Source: a virus
Lineage: Duplodnaviria; Caudoviricetes
Virus record (IMG/VR): IMGVR_UViG_3300037484_001808
Span: 1 to 41,241 of that record
Direction: 5' to 3' (one strand)
Length of the DNA stretch: 41,241 nucleotides
The first letter of the stretch is position 1. The number at the start of each line of letters is the position of its first letter. The notes beneath the pieces were generated by a model that saw nothing but the letters and a program-made list of their open reading frames with translations, was not told the origin of the DNA and did not search any database. Positions 1 to 8,668 of this stretch are shown in pieces. The position numbers were made by a program, and so were the translations under genes.

Positions 1-48
1 CCTCAAGTTTTTGAGTCGCAAAATGGGGGGAATTCGGAAAATTAAAAT

Positions 49-522
49 ATGGCTGGACGGAAGCCCATCCCGACGCAATTAAAAATTCTGAGAGGCAACC
101 CCGGCCGCCGGCCGCTTCCTAAAAATGAGCCCCAGGTACCAATCGGAATGCCCGATCCACCGAAACACCTCAGCGCAAAGGCAAAAAAGGAATGGAAGCG
201 GATCGCACCCGAACTCTTGAAGGTCGGGCTTCTCACAAAAATCGATGGGCCGGCCCTGGCCGCCTACTGTGATTATTACGGGCAGTGGGCCCAAGCTTCT
301 CAGGGGCTTAAAAAAACGGGGATCTTGATCAAGGGTGCTCTCGGGGAGCCCATGATCAACCCACTGCTAAAAATTATCAATTCTGCGCTCGACGGAATGA
401 GAAAGATTTGCTCCGATTTTGGAATGACGCCGAGCTCGCGATCGAAGGTTAAGGCGGCCACAAAGCCGGAAGAGCCAGAGGGAGAGGATTATTTTGGGTG
501 GGCGGAAGAAAACCGCAACTGA
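49..522 (+). CDS. terS: Terminase small subunit, P27 family
   Basis: GRKPIPTQLKILRGNPGRRPL N-terminus and FGMTPSSRSK motif; precedes terL. Confidence 0.93.
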   Translation: MAGRKPIPTQLKILRGNPGRRPLPKNEPQVPIGMPDPPKHLSAKAKKEWKRIAPELLKVGLLTKIDGPALAAYCDYYGQWAQASQGLKKTGILIKGALGEPMINPLLKIINSALDGMRKICSDFGMTPSSRSKVKAATKPEEPEGEDYFGWAEENRN

Positions 523-2251
523 TCCTGTTACCGATTACGCGCGAAAGGTGGTCGATGGGAAAATAGTTGCGGGACCGTACGTCCGGGCGGCATGTCAGCG
601 TCACCTCGACGATCTAAAAAACGGGGAGCGGCGCGGGATATTTTGGGATAAAGAGAAGGCGCTGCATGCCATCAACTTCTTCCCGCAGACGCTGAGGCTG
701 GCGGAAGGGAAGCATGCCGGGAGGCCTTTTGAGCTGGAGCCCTCCCAGAAATTCATAGTGGGATCTCTTTTCGGATGGCGCGGGAAAGATGGGGCCCGCA
801 GATTTCGGACGGGCTACGTCGAGGAAGGGAAAGGAAACGGAAAGACGCCCCTGGCTGCCGGTATTGGTTTGTATGGCCTGGCCGCAGACCAGGAGCGCGG
901 CGCTGAAATTTATGCGGCGGCGGTGACCCGAGACCAGGCGGGGATCCTCTTCCGGGATGCTACCCTCATGGTGGACGCCTCGCCGGCGCTTTCGAAACGG
1001 ATTGACAAGACGGCCCATAATCTGGCCTATCTTTCGACGCAGAGCTTCTTCCGCCCGGTCTCTTCCGAGGGCCGGTCCCTGGATGGGAAAAGGGTCCACA
1101 TGGCCCTGATAGATGAAATCCATGAGCACCGGACGCCGATCGTGGTGGACAAGATGCGGGCGGGAACCAAGGGGCGCCGACAGGCTCTTATTTTTGAGAT
1201 CACGAATTCAGGGTATGACCGAGAGACGATCTGCTATTACCATCACGAGTACTCGATTAAGGTGGTCACCGGGGCGATCCAGAATGATTCCTGGTTTGCC
1301 TATGTCTGTGCCCTGGATGAGGGGGATGACTGGCGCGATCGCAAGGTCTGGCCGAAGGCGAACCCTCTCATGGGCGTCTCTGTCACGAAAAAATATTTGG
1401 AGGAACAGGTCCTCGAGGCGGAGGGCATGCCGGCGAAGCAGGGCGTGGTGAAACGCCTGAATTTCTGCATCTGGACGGAGGGACAGACGCAGTGGATCCG
1501 GCCGGAGATATGGAAGAAAAACGGGGGAACGGTAAGGCCGGAGGACCTGGCAGGCAAAGAGGCCTTCGGAGGCCTCGACTTGAGCTCCAAGAATGATCTT
1601 TCCGCCCTGGTCCTGGTCTTCCCGATCGACGTGGGGTTCGCGGTTTTATGCTGGTTCTGGCTGCCCGGCGATGGCCTGGGGGAGCGAGAGCTCCGGGACG
1701 GGGTGCCCTACGTGGCCTGGAAGGATAAGGGGCTACTCAAGACCACCCCGGGGGCCGCCGTGGACTATGCCTGGATCGCCGAGGAGCTGCTGCAGGTGGC
1801 CGAGGATTACGATATCAAGGGGATAGCCTTCGACCGATGGGGGATGAATGTTTTGAAGCGCCACCTGGACGAAGCCGGGGTCCGATATTACGTCCGGGAG
1901 AAGGAGGATGACAAAGGGGAAGGAATCGCATTCATCCCCCACGGCCAGGGATACCGGGACATGGGCCCCGCGGTCACCGCCCTGGAGGACGCGCTGCTCC
2001 AGGAGAAGATCCGCCATGGCATGCACCCGGTCCTGACCTGGAATGCCAGCAACGCGGAGCTGCTGCAGGACCCGGCGGGAAACAGGAAGATCGTCAAGGG
2101 GCGTTTCCCGGGGAAAAGAGTCGACGGCATCGTCGCCCTGGCCATGGCCATGAGCCTGGCGACCGGGGCGAAGATTCAGGCGAAGGGTCCGAGCGTGTAC
2201 GAGACCCGCGGGTTGTTGCGGGTAAATGCAAAGGAGGGAGGAGCGGCATAA
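494..2251 (+). CDS. terL: Terminase large subunit
   Basis: Walker A-like GKGNGKT, Walker B LIDEIHE, nuclease GGLDLSSKND and C-terminal RVDGIVALAMA. Confidence 0.96.
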   Translation: MGGRKKTATDPVTDYARKVVDGKIVAGPYVRAACQRHLDDLKNGERRGIFWDKEKALHAINFFPQTLRLAEGKHAGRPFELEPSQKFIVGSLFGWRGKDGARRFRTGYVEEGKGNGKTPLAAGIGLYGLAADQERGAEIYAAAVTRDQAGILFRDATLMVDASPALSKRIDKTAHNLAYLSTQSFFRPVSSEGRSLDGKRVHMALIDEIHEHRTPIVVDKMRAGTKGRRQALIFEITNSGYDRETICYYHHEYSIKVVTGAIQNDSWFAYVCALDEGDDWRDRKVWPKANPLMGVSVTKKYLEEQVLEAEGMPAKQGVVKRLNFCIWTEGQTQWIRPEIWKKNGGTVRPEDLAGKEAFGGLDLSSKNDLSALVLVFPIDVGFAVLCWFWLPGDGLGERELRDGVPYVAWKDKGLLKTTPGAAVDYAWIAEELLQVAEDYDIKGIAFDRWGMNVLKRHLDEAGVRYYVREKEDDKGEGIAFIPHGQGYRDMGPAVTALEDALLQEKIRHGMHPVLTWNASNAELLQDPAGNRKIVKGRFPGKRVDGIVALAMAMSLATGAKIQAKGPSVYETRGLLRVNAKEGGAA

Positions 2252-2301
2252 TGGGAATGCAGGTGTTTGAGGACGAAAGAATTTAAAAGACCAGGGTGGG
2301 G

Positions 2302-2511
2302 ATGCTGAAAGATCTCATAGAGGAAAAGGAGAAGATCTTAGAGAAAGAACAGGAGGCCGAAGTAATTCTCGGAGAGCTCCCCCTTCTGGGCGATATTCTC
2401 GTCGCAGAGAAAACTGGCCTGAAATTTACGATCAAGGCTTGTCATGGCCGAGATCGTTTTATGGTAGGGCTTTTGAGGCCAGATAAAAATTCCGCGGTGC
2501 ATAAAGAATGA
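2302..2511 (+). CDS. Hypothetical protein
   Basis: Co-oriented ORF whose stop overlaps the next start (ATGA); start could be GTG 2296. Confidence 0.5.
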   Translation: MLKDLIEEKEKILEKEQEAEVILGELPLLGDILVAEKTGLKFTIKACHGRDRFMVGLLRPDKNSAVHKE

Positions 2512-2765
2512 GCGACAATCCCCGCCTCAACACCGGCTGGCCGTTCGATCCCACCGCCGATTATACGGCCACCTGGGAGCGGATCGAACGGCGGGCCGGG
2601 CATCCTATATCCTACAAAGATCGATGCTCGATGCATGCCGAAGGGGTCGTCTTCAAGGGCTGCACGGGCCGTCCTCCGAATAGAACCCAGTATGTTTTCC
2701 TCTACTGGACTCAATATCTCACCTGGCTAGGCCAGAAAAAGAAAGAAAAACTTCTTTCGGCATGA
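2508..2765 (+). CDS. Hypothetical protein
   Basis: 85-aa ORF coupled to the previous one, ending just before the repeat array. Confidence 0.55.
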   Translation: MSDNPRLNTGWPFDPTADYTATWERIERRAGHPISYKDRCSMHAEGVVFKGCTGRPPNRTQYVFLYWTQYLTWLGQKKKEKLLSA

Positions 2766-2773
2766 TTTTTTCT

Positions 2774-2827
2774 TTTCCCTGAAGCACATTCCCTGAAAAC
2801 TTTCCCTGAAGCATATTCCCTGAAAAC
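2774..2827 (+). repeat. Tandem 27-bp duplication containing four TTCCCTGAA boxes upstream of portal
   Basis: TTTCCCTGAAGCACATTCCCTGAAAAC (2774-2800) followed by TTTCCCTGAAGCATATTCCCTGAAAAC (2801-2827); TTGACT at 2830-2835. Confidence 0.9.
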
Positions 2828-2867
2828 TTTTGACTGAATGAAATAACCGTGATTCCATGGGTTTAGA

Positions 2868-4562
2868 ATGCCATGGAACGATGACCGGCGATATCATATC
2901 ACCACCCCGGAGGCCCTCCAGAAAGCTCTGAAGGCCAGGAAGGCGAGGATTTTCAATCTCCAGGCCGTCAAGAGCGATCCCCAGCATATCCGTTACATCC
3001 CCGTCCCCCTCAAGCAAGCGGGGGTCTACGTCGACCATGACGTGGCCCTCCGCTTCTCCGCCGTCTTCCGGGCCGTCTGTTTCATCAGCCAGACGATCGC
3101 CTCTCTTCCTTGGGATATTCTGCTCGAAACTGCCATGAAGACCCAGAAACAAACAGGGCATCCCCTCTGGAAACTCCTCCGGACCCGGCCGAACCCGGAG
3201 ATGGGGGCTCAGTCTTTCCGGGAGACTCTCCTTGCTTGGGCTCTATCCTGGGGAAACGGTTACGCGGAGATCGAAAAAGACAAGACCGGGACCCCGGTCG
3301 CCCTCTGGCCGATCTCTCCCGACCGCGTGGAGGCCTACCGGGATCCGGAAAGCGGCAATATCCGGTATGACGTTTCCAATTATATGGGCGGGATTCAGAC
3401 AATGAGGCCGGAAAATCTCTTCCACCTTCACGGCCTGGGCTTCGACGGCCTGACCGGATATTCCGTCATCTCTTTTGCCTCCCGGTCCATCGGCCTGGGC
3501 ATGGCTGCCGAGGGCTATGCCGGCGATTTCTTCGCCAACGGGGCGATTTCAACAGGGGCGCTGAAGCATCCTAACACCCTGAGCGATCTCTCCCGGAAAA
3601 ATCTGCGCGAGAGCTGGGCGTCGATCATTCAGGGGGAGGGAAAGCGTTTCAACATCCCGATTTTCGAAGAAGGGATGGACTGGGTCAATCTTATGATCAA
3701 CCCTGAGGATGCCCAGCTCCTCTTGACCCGCGAGTTCCAGATCACGGATATCGCCCGCTGGTTCGGGCTTCCGCCCCACAAGCTGCAGGACCTCAGCCGG
3801 GCCACCTGGGGGAACATCGAGCACCTCTCGATCGAGGTGGTCAATGACGCCCTCATGCCCTGGATCATCCGCCTGGAGCAGGAGGCAGATTTCAAGCTCC
3901 TCCGCCCGACCGAAAAAGGCGTACGGACGAAGCTGAACGTCCGCGGCCTCCTACGTGGAGATGATAAATCCAGGTCGGAATACTACAAGATCATGCGGGA
4001 TATCGGCGTTTACAGCACAAATGACATCCGCCGTCTGGAAGATATGGACCCGGTGGGCCCCGAAGGTGATGAGTTGATCGTCCAGTTGAATCAGACGACG
4101 CTCAAAAAACTGGTCTCCGGAGAGGCCCCGGCGCCCAAGCCGGCGCCTCCCCTGCAGTCCTATAAAATGCTCATCCAGCATGCCTATGAGCGCATCCTGA
4201 AGAGGGAGATCGGCCAGTTTGAGCGGGACGGGGCCCCAAAAGGTGACTTTTCGGCCTGGTTCAACCAGTTTTTCGCGAAGGAGCGCGGCCGGATCGAGCA
4301 GGATATGGAGCCGATCGTCATGAGCCTGCTGTTGCAGATTGCGCCGCAAATCGAGATCAACGGGCAGATCCCGGAAATCCTCGCGGGATTTATCGATTGG
4401 CATATCGAGGCTTCCAGAAATGCATTTTCGGCCCCCCTGGCCGGCAAAGTGGACGAATTCTGCACTCCTGAACGGGTGAAAGAGGGCGCCAACCGCCTGA
4501 TCGAGGCGCTGGCGGCCATGGTCGTGGAGGCAAAGGAAAAACCCAATGCCCTACCCGAATGA
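2868..4562 (+). CDS. Portal protein, HK97 family, with ~150-aa C-terminal extension
   Basis: AVFRAVCFISQTIASLP, WGNGYAEI, IARWFGLPPHKL, LLRGD and NDIRRLEDM motifs. Confidence 0.95.
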   Translation: MPWNDDRRYHITTPEALQKALKARKARIFNLQAVKSDPQHIRYIPVPLKQAGVYVDHDVALRFSAVFRAVCFISQTIASLPWDILLETAMKTQKQTGHPLWKLLRTRPNPEMGAQSFRETLLAWALSWGNGYAEIEKDKTGTPVALWPISPDRVEAYRDPESGNIRYDVSNYMGGIQTMRPENLFHLHGLGFDGLTGYSVISFASRSIGLGMAAEGYAGDFFANGAISTGALKHPNTLSDLSRKNLRESWASIIQGEGKRFNIPIFEEGMDWVNLMINPEDAQLLLTREFQITDIARWFGLPPHKLQDLSRATWGNIEHLSIEVVNDALMPWIIRLEQEADFKLLRPTEKGVRTKLNVRGLLRGDDKSRSEYYKIMRDIGVYSTNDIRRLEDMDPVGPEGDELIVQLNQTTLKKLVSGEAPAPKPAPPLQSYKMLIQHAYERILKREIGQFERDGAPKGDFSAWFNQFFAKERGRIEQDMEPIVMSLLLQIAPQIEINGQIPEILAGFIDWHIEASRNAFSAPLAGKVDEFCTPERVKEGANRLIEALAAMVVEAKEKPNALPE

Positions 4563-5499
4563 GCATGCCTGAAGGCTGAAGGACCCCGGTCAGTATGACC
4601 GGTTCAGCCGTAAGAACTGCGATCGGAAGCACGACGGCAAATGCATCGATGCGATTTACGGCATAAAAGAGGACAAAGCCGATGTCCAAGCGTTGAGATA
4701 TCCCAAGGATATCTGGACCGAGGCCGCCGCCCACAAACATTGCAATTCCCTCGGCGGAACTTTTGAGGCGGCAAGCGAGGGATCGGAGGGTAATATGACC
4801 GGACGCGGATATTCCATCAAGGCAAAAGCGGCCGACGAGGCCGAGATCTGGATTTACGAGGAGATCGGCGAAGGCTGGTTCGGCGGGATCTCGGCGAATC
4901 AGTTTGCCAAGGATCTGAAGGCCCTGGGGGACCTCAAGAAGATCACTCTCCGCCTGAATTCCCCCGGCGGGGACGTTTTCGACGGGATGGCGATCTACAA
5001 CATCCTGAAGCAGCACAAGGCCAAGGTGACGGTGAACATCGACGGCCTGGCCGCCTCCATCGCTTCCGTCATCGCCATGGCCGGGGACGATATCCTCATC
5101 GCGGCCAACGCCATGATGATGATCCATGAGGCCTGGACCTATGCCGTCGGACCGGCCGAGGAGCTGCGCGCGGCCGCGGACATGATCGAAAAGGTGAACA
5201 GTACGATCGTGACCACCTATCTGACCCAGGCGTCGATCGACCAGGCCAAGATCCAGGAGCTCATGAAAAATGAAACCTGGATGACCGCAGATGAGGCGAT
5301 CGGCTACGGCCTGGCGGACAAACTGGCCGAGCCGGTCCAGGCGGCCGCCCATTTCGATCTTGCCAGGTTCAAATACCGCAATGTTCCCAAGGACAAGTTG
5401 GCGCCGGGGCCGCTGGAACGCCCCGCAGCGCTCAGGCAGAGGCTGGCGACAATGCAGATTGCCGTCAAGAAGATGAGGGCCGCTGGAACGCCCCGCTGA
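4546..5499 (+). CDS. ClpP-type (S14) prohead maturation protease; long form with an 83-aa N-terminal domain containing in-frame UGA (codon 9, candidate Sec), and short form from internal ATG 4795
   Basis: ClpP motifs LRLNSPGGDVFDG, GLAASIAS, MMIHEA and ETWMTADEAI. The frame is open from ATG 4546 (AAGGA upstream, overlapping the portal stop) except TGA 4570-4572. ATG 4795 has a GGAGG SD. Protease call high confidence, Sec extension moderate. Confidence 0.85.
4570..4609 (+). promoter_or_regulatory. In-frame UGA plus candidate bacterial SECIS element
   Basis: TGA-A-GGCTGAA-GGACC-CCGGTCA-GTA-TGACCGG-TTCAGCC: two perfect 7-bp stems, with the apical loop starting GU 21 nt after the UGA. Confidence 0.7.
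5407..5496 (+). repeat. Perfect 20-bp direct repeat GGGCCGCTGGAACGCCCCGC
   Basis: Copies at 5407-5426 and 5477-5496, read in different frames of the protease gene. Confidence 0.85.
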
Positions 5500-5525
5500 T
5501 CAAATCACCGAAGAGAGGAGAAAAC

Positions 5526-6965
5526 ATGGAACTCATGGTCTTTTTGGCAATGCTGGCGGGTCTCACCTACCGGATCTTTGCCGACGCCGGACCGCAGGAT
5601 GAAAAAATCAAAGAGCTGCAGGATAAACTTCTGGAGCTCAACGAACGTGCCCAGGTCCTCCAGGCGACCGCGGATGCGGAAAAGCGGTCTCTGAAGGAAG
5701 ATGAGGAAAAAGAGCTCAACGGGATCTTCGATCAGTTTGAAAAGATCGAGGAGGAGATCGAGCGGCGGAAGCTCATCGCATCCCAGACTCAGAAACTGAC
5801 CCAGAGCCAGGGCCGGCAGACCGCGGGCCAGATCCCGGATCCCCAGAACCGGGGAACGGACGGCCAGGATCCCCCCCCGCCCAGGCGGAGATCCTCCGGC
5901 GGTATCATCACCGTCGTGGAAGACCGCGGCAAATGGGGGTGGAAAAACCTTGGAGAATTTGCGTTGGCCACCCGGATTGCTTCCCGGCAGGGGGGAAGTA
6001 TCGACCCCCGCCTGGTCATGAATGCCCCGACGACCTATAGCCAGGAAGGGGCCGGCGAAGACGGCGGATTCGCGGTACCTCCGGATTTCCGGGCGGCGAT
6101 CTGGGAAAAAGTCCAGGGCGAGGATTCCCTTCTGGCCAGAACGGACCAGAACGTGACCAGCAAGAACAGCATGGTTCTTCCGGCCGACGAAACCACGCCC
6201 TGGGACGCGACGGGCGGGATTCAGGCCTATTTCGAGAGCGAGGCGGGGGCCCTCAATCAGAGCAAGATCGCCCTGAAGGAAAAAACGATCCGGCTGAACA
6301 AGCTGACCGCCCTGGTCCCGGTCACGGAGGAGCTTCTCGAGGACGCTCCGGGCCTGGATTCCTACCTGCGGAAAAAGGTCGGCGAGAAGATGGATTTCAA
6401 GCTGAACCTCAAGATCGTCCAGGGCGTGGGCGCCGGGGAGCCCCTGGGGATCCTCAATGCCGGTTCCCTGGTGAGCATTTCGAAGGAAACGGGCCAGGGG
6501 GCGGACACGATCATGGCCGAGAATATCAGCAAGATGTGGGCCCGGCTCTATGCCCCCCTCCGCAGGAACGCCGTCTGGCTGATCAACCAGGACATCGAAC
6601 CCCAACTCGACAGCATGAGCATCGCCGTAGGCACGGGCGGAGTCCCGGTTTACATGCCCGCCGGCGGCCTGGCGGATGCCCCCTTTGGCCGGCTGAAGGG
6701 CCGTCCCGTCATCCCGACGCAGGCCTGCGAAACCCTGGGCGACAAGGGCGACATCATCCTGGTGGCCTTGGAGCAGTATCTGACCGCCGTGAAAACGGGC
6801 GGAGTCAAAGCCGACGTGAGCATGCACCTCTGGTTCGACTACGCGGTCCTCGCGTACCGGTTCATCATCCGGATCGCCGGGCAGCCCTGGTGGAAGTCCT
6901 ACATCACCCCCAGGGACGGCAGCAATTACCTGTCCTGGGCGGTCACCCTGGATGAGCGCGCCTAG
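5526..6965 (+). CDS. Major capsid protein, HK97 fold, with N-terminal coiled-coil delta domain
   Basis: GAGEDGGFAVPPDF, VPVTEELLEDA, GVGAGEPLGILN and RLKGRPVI motifs; GAGGAG SD; follows the protease. Confidence 0.95.
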   Translation: MELMVFLAMLAGLTYRIFADAGPQDEKIKELQDKLLELNERAQVLQATADAEKRSLKEDEEKELNGIFDQFEKIEEEIERRKLIASQTQKLTQSQGRQTAGQIPDPQNRGTDGQDPPPPRRRSSGGIITVVEDRGKWGWKNLGEFALATRIASRQGGSIDPRLVMNAPTTYSQEGAGEDGGFAVPPDFRAAIWEKVQGEDSLLARTDQNVTSKNSMVLPADETTPWDATGGIQAYFESEAGALNQSKIALKEKTIRLNKLTALVPVTEELLEDAPGLDSYLRKKVGEKMDFKLNLKIVQGVGAGEPLGILNAGSLVSISKETGQGADTIMAENISKMWARLYAPLRRNAVWLINQDIEPQLDSMSIAVGTGGVPVYMPAGGLADAPFGRLKGRPVIPTQACETLGDKGDIILVALEQYLTAVKTGGVKADVSMHLWFDYAVLAYRFIIRIAGQPWWKSYITPRDGSNYLSWAVTLDERA

Positions 6966-6985
6966 ATAAATGCGCCTGAGCGCAA

Positions 6986-7030
6986 GGCGGCCGGCCGACA
7001 ACTCAAGGGGAAGCGGCCGGCCGCCGTTTC
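6986..7030 (+). terminator. GC-rich hairpin after capsid gene (attenuator/terminator or mRNA stabiliser)
   Basis: GGCGGCCGGCCG (6986-6997) pairs with CGGCCGGCCGCC (7014-7025); short T tail. Confidence 0.55.
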
Positions 7031-7063
7031 ACCTTCAAAAATCACCTTCAAGGAGGTTTTAAA

Positions 7064-7513
7064 ATGGATCCGAATGTTTTGGCGTCTGAAAAATGCGCCG
7101 TGGTCGGGACCGTCGATCCCGCAACGGTCACCGCTCTGACCTATACGGATGCGATCGACATGAGCAAATTCCGCCAGGCCCTCGGCATCGCTCTCTTCGG
7201 CAACATGACCGACGGCAATGACTGCGTCTTCGCGGCCTACGCTTGCAATGCCGCGGGAAATGCGCGGAGCGCGATCAAAACCACCACGAAGACCGCTGCC
7301 GCAGGGAACGACAACACCCAGGTGGTCATCGGCGTCCGGGCCGAGGACCTGCTCGCGCAGTCCACCTATACGAGGTACGTCCAGTTCGGGATCTCCAATG
7401 CGGGCGGCGCCGGCGGACCCGCGGCCGTGGTGGCCCTCGGAATCGACCCGATCAACGGACCGGCCTCGGATGACGATCTCAGCAGCGTGACGATCAACAA
7501 CACGCTCGATTAA
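7064..7513 (+). CDS. Putative capsid decoration/head-associated protein
   Basis: AAGGAGG SD, directly after the MCP gene, small-residue beta-rich composition. Confidence 0.6.
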   Translation: MDPNVLASEKCAVVGTVDPATVTALTYTDAIDMSKFRQALGIALFGNMTDGNDCVFAAYACNAAGNARSAIKTTTKTAAAGNDNTQVVIGVRAEDLLAQSTYTRYVQFGISNAGGAGGPAAVVALGIDPINGPASDDDLSSVTINNTLD

Positions 7514-7529
7514 GCGGGAAGGGATAGAA

Positions 7530-7835
7530 ATGAAGATCAGATTCCTTCAGGACTATCAGGTCAAGGACCCCCAGGGGCAGACTTTCAAACAGGGGGAGAT
7601 TTACGATCTCGCGCCGGATTCCGCCCGTCATTTTCTGTCCCGCCGGCGGGCGGAGCTCATCGCCACCGAGAACCCGAAAGCAGCTCCGCCGCCTGCCCCG
7701 GAGAAGCCGGCCGTTCTTCCGCCGGAACCCGGACCGGGAGACAAGGATCTCAAAGGGAAAACCGATCCGGCGCAGGCTTTCACCGCGGGCCAGCGGAAAT
7801 ACCGCGAACGCCAACGGGCGCGGACCGAAGATTAA
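7530..7835 (+). CDS. Hypothetical head-module protein with Pro-rich linker
   Basis: MKIRFLQ...GEIYDL small domain of the kind often found after capsid genes; SD present. Confidence 0.6.
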   Translation: MKIRFLQDYQVKDPQGQTFKQGEIYDLAPDSARHFLSRRRAELIATENPKAAPPPAPEKPAVLPPEPGPGDKDLKGKTDPAQAFTAGQRKYRERQRARTED

Positions 7836-7872
7836 AAATCAACAGCCTATGTGGGCATGAAAGGAGAAGAAA

Positions 7873-8394
7873 ATGCCCCCTTATAATCTTTCAACGCGCG
7901 GGCGCATCGCCGATATTCACTCCGGACTCCGGGTGAATACGGGATCTCTCGCCAATGCGACCTATCTGCTTGGAGCCGGGAACACCCAGACGGAACTTTT
8001 TACGGTAAAAGGCCTGATCTGGGTCCGGCAGCTCTTCCTGGAGGTCCTGGTCGCCTGCTCGAACAATCTAACGCAGGTCCTTTTCAACTGCACCTTTACC
8101 ACACCCGTGATCGGCGTCAATTCGATGTGCGCGAAATGCGCGTCGATCGCCCAGCTCGGCCAGGGGGGAAGGATCGTCTGGCTCGGGGGGGCTGTTGCCA
8201 CGGCGGCCGTAATCACGGATTCTCCGGGCCTTTCCGACGTGTTGCCGGCCACCGGGCAGTTGGTCGGCGGGATTGATTTCGTCGGCTCGATCGGGATGCT
8301 CGCCTCCGACGCGGATCAGGCCAGCGGATCCGTAAAAGCGACGCTGCATTATTTCCCGTTGACGGAAGGCGCCTACGCCGAAGCCCTGCTGTAA
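7873..8394 (+). CDS. Hypothetical virion protein (possible decoration protein)
   Basis: AAGGAG SD, beta-rich, in head module; GC hairpin follows at ~8404-8436. Confidence 0.6.
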   Translation: MPPYNLSTRGRIADIHSGLRVNTGSLANATYLLGAGNTQTELFTVKGLIWVRQLFLEVLVACSNNLTQVLFNCTFTTPVIGVNSMCAKCASIAQLGQGGRIVWLGGAVATAAVITDSPGLSDVLPATGQLVGGIDFVGSIGMLASDADQASGSVKATLHYFPLTEGAYAEALL

Positions 8395-8448
8395 CCCTGA
8401 CGTGGCGGGAGCGGGCGGCAAACGGCCCGCCCCGCCGGGAGGACTCCA

Positions 8449-8655
8449 ATGGCAGTCGCTCTCGTAATGACCATTCAACGCTGGATCGGCCTCTCGACCG
8501 ATACCAAGCCCGAAGCCCCCGAGCGCATCGGTTCCACGTTCCATGAACTCGATACTGGGAAAAAATTCATCTGGGATGGCGATTCATGGGTCCAGGATGT
8601 TTCCATGGTCTACGCCGTTTACCAGGCCAGCCTGGGCATGCCGTCCGACAGCTGA
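8449..8655 (+). CDS. Small hypothetical virion-module protein
   Basis: GGAGG SD; GLSTDTKP...GSTFHELDTGKKFIWDG motif typical of small phage structural proteins. Confidence 0.65.
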   Translation: MAVALVMTIQRWIGLSTDTKPEAPERIGSTFHELDTGKKFIWDGDSWVQDVSMVYAVYQASLGMPSDS

Positions 8656-8668
8656 GAAACAAAGACAT

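Noticed and set aside
2774-2827. CRISPR-like mini array (also considered for 35199-35238 and 38058-38175)
   Set aside because: Repeats are tandem without unique spacers; no cas genes
4570-4572. Genome-wide UGA reassignment (Trp/Gly) as explanation of the in-frame TGA
   Set aside because: Many clear genes end in TGA with ATGA/TGATG coupling, Trp is encoded by TGG, and no other conserved gene appears interrupted
5505-7001. Long minus-strand ORFs (also 4390-5352, 15060-16532, 21042-22277)
   Set aside because: Antisense shadows of well-supported GC-rich genes; no motifs or SD
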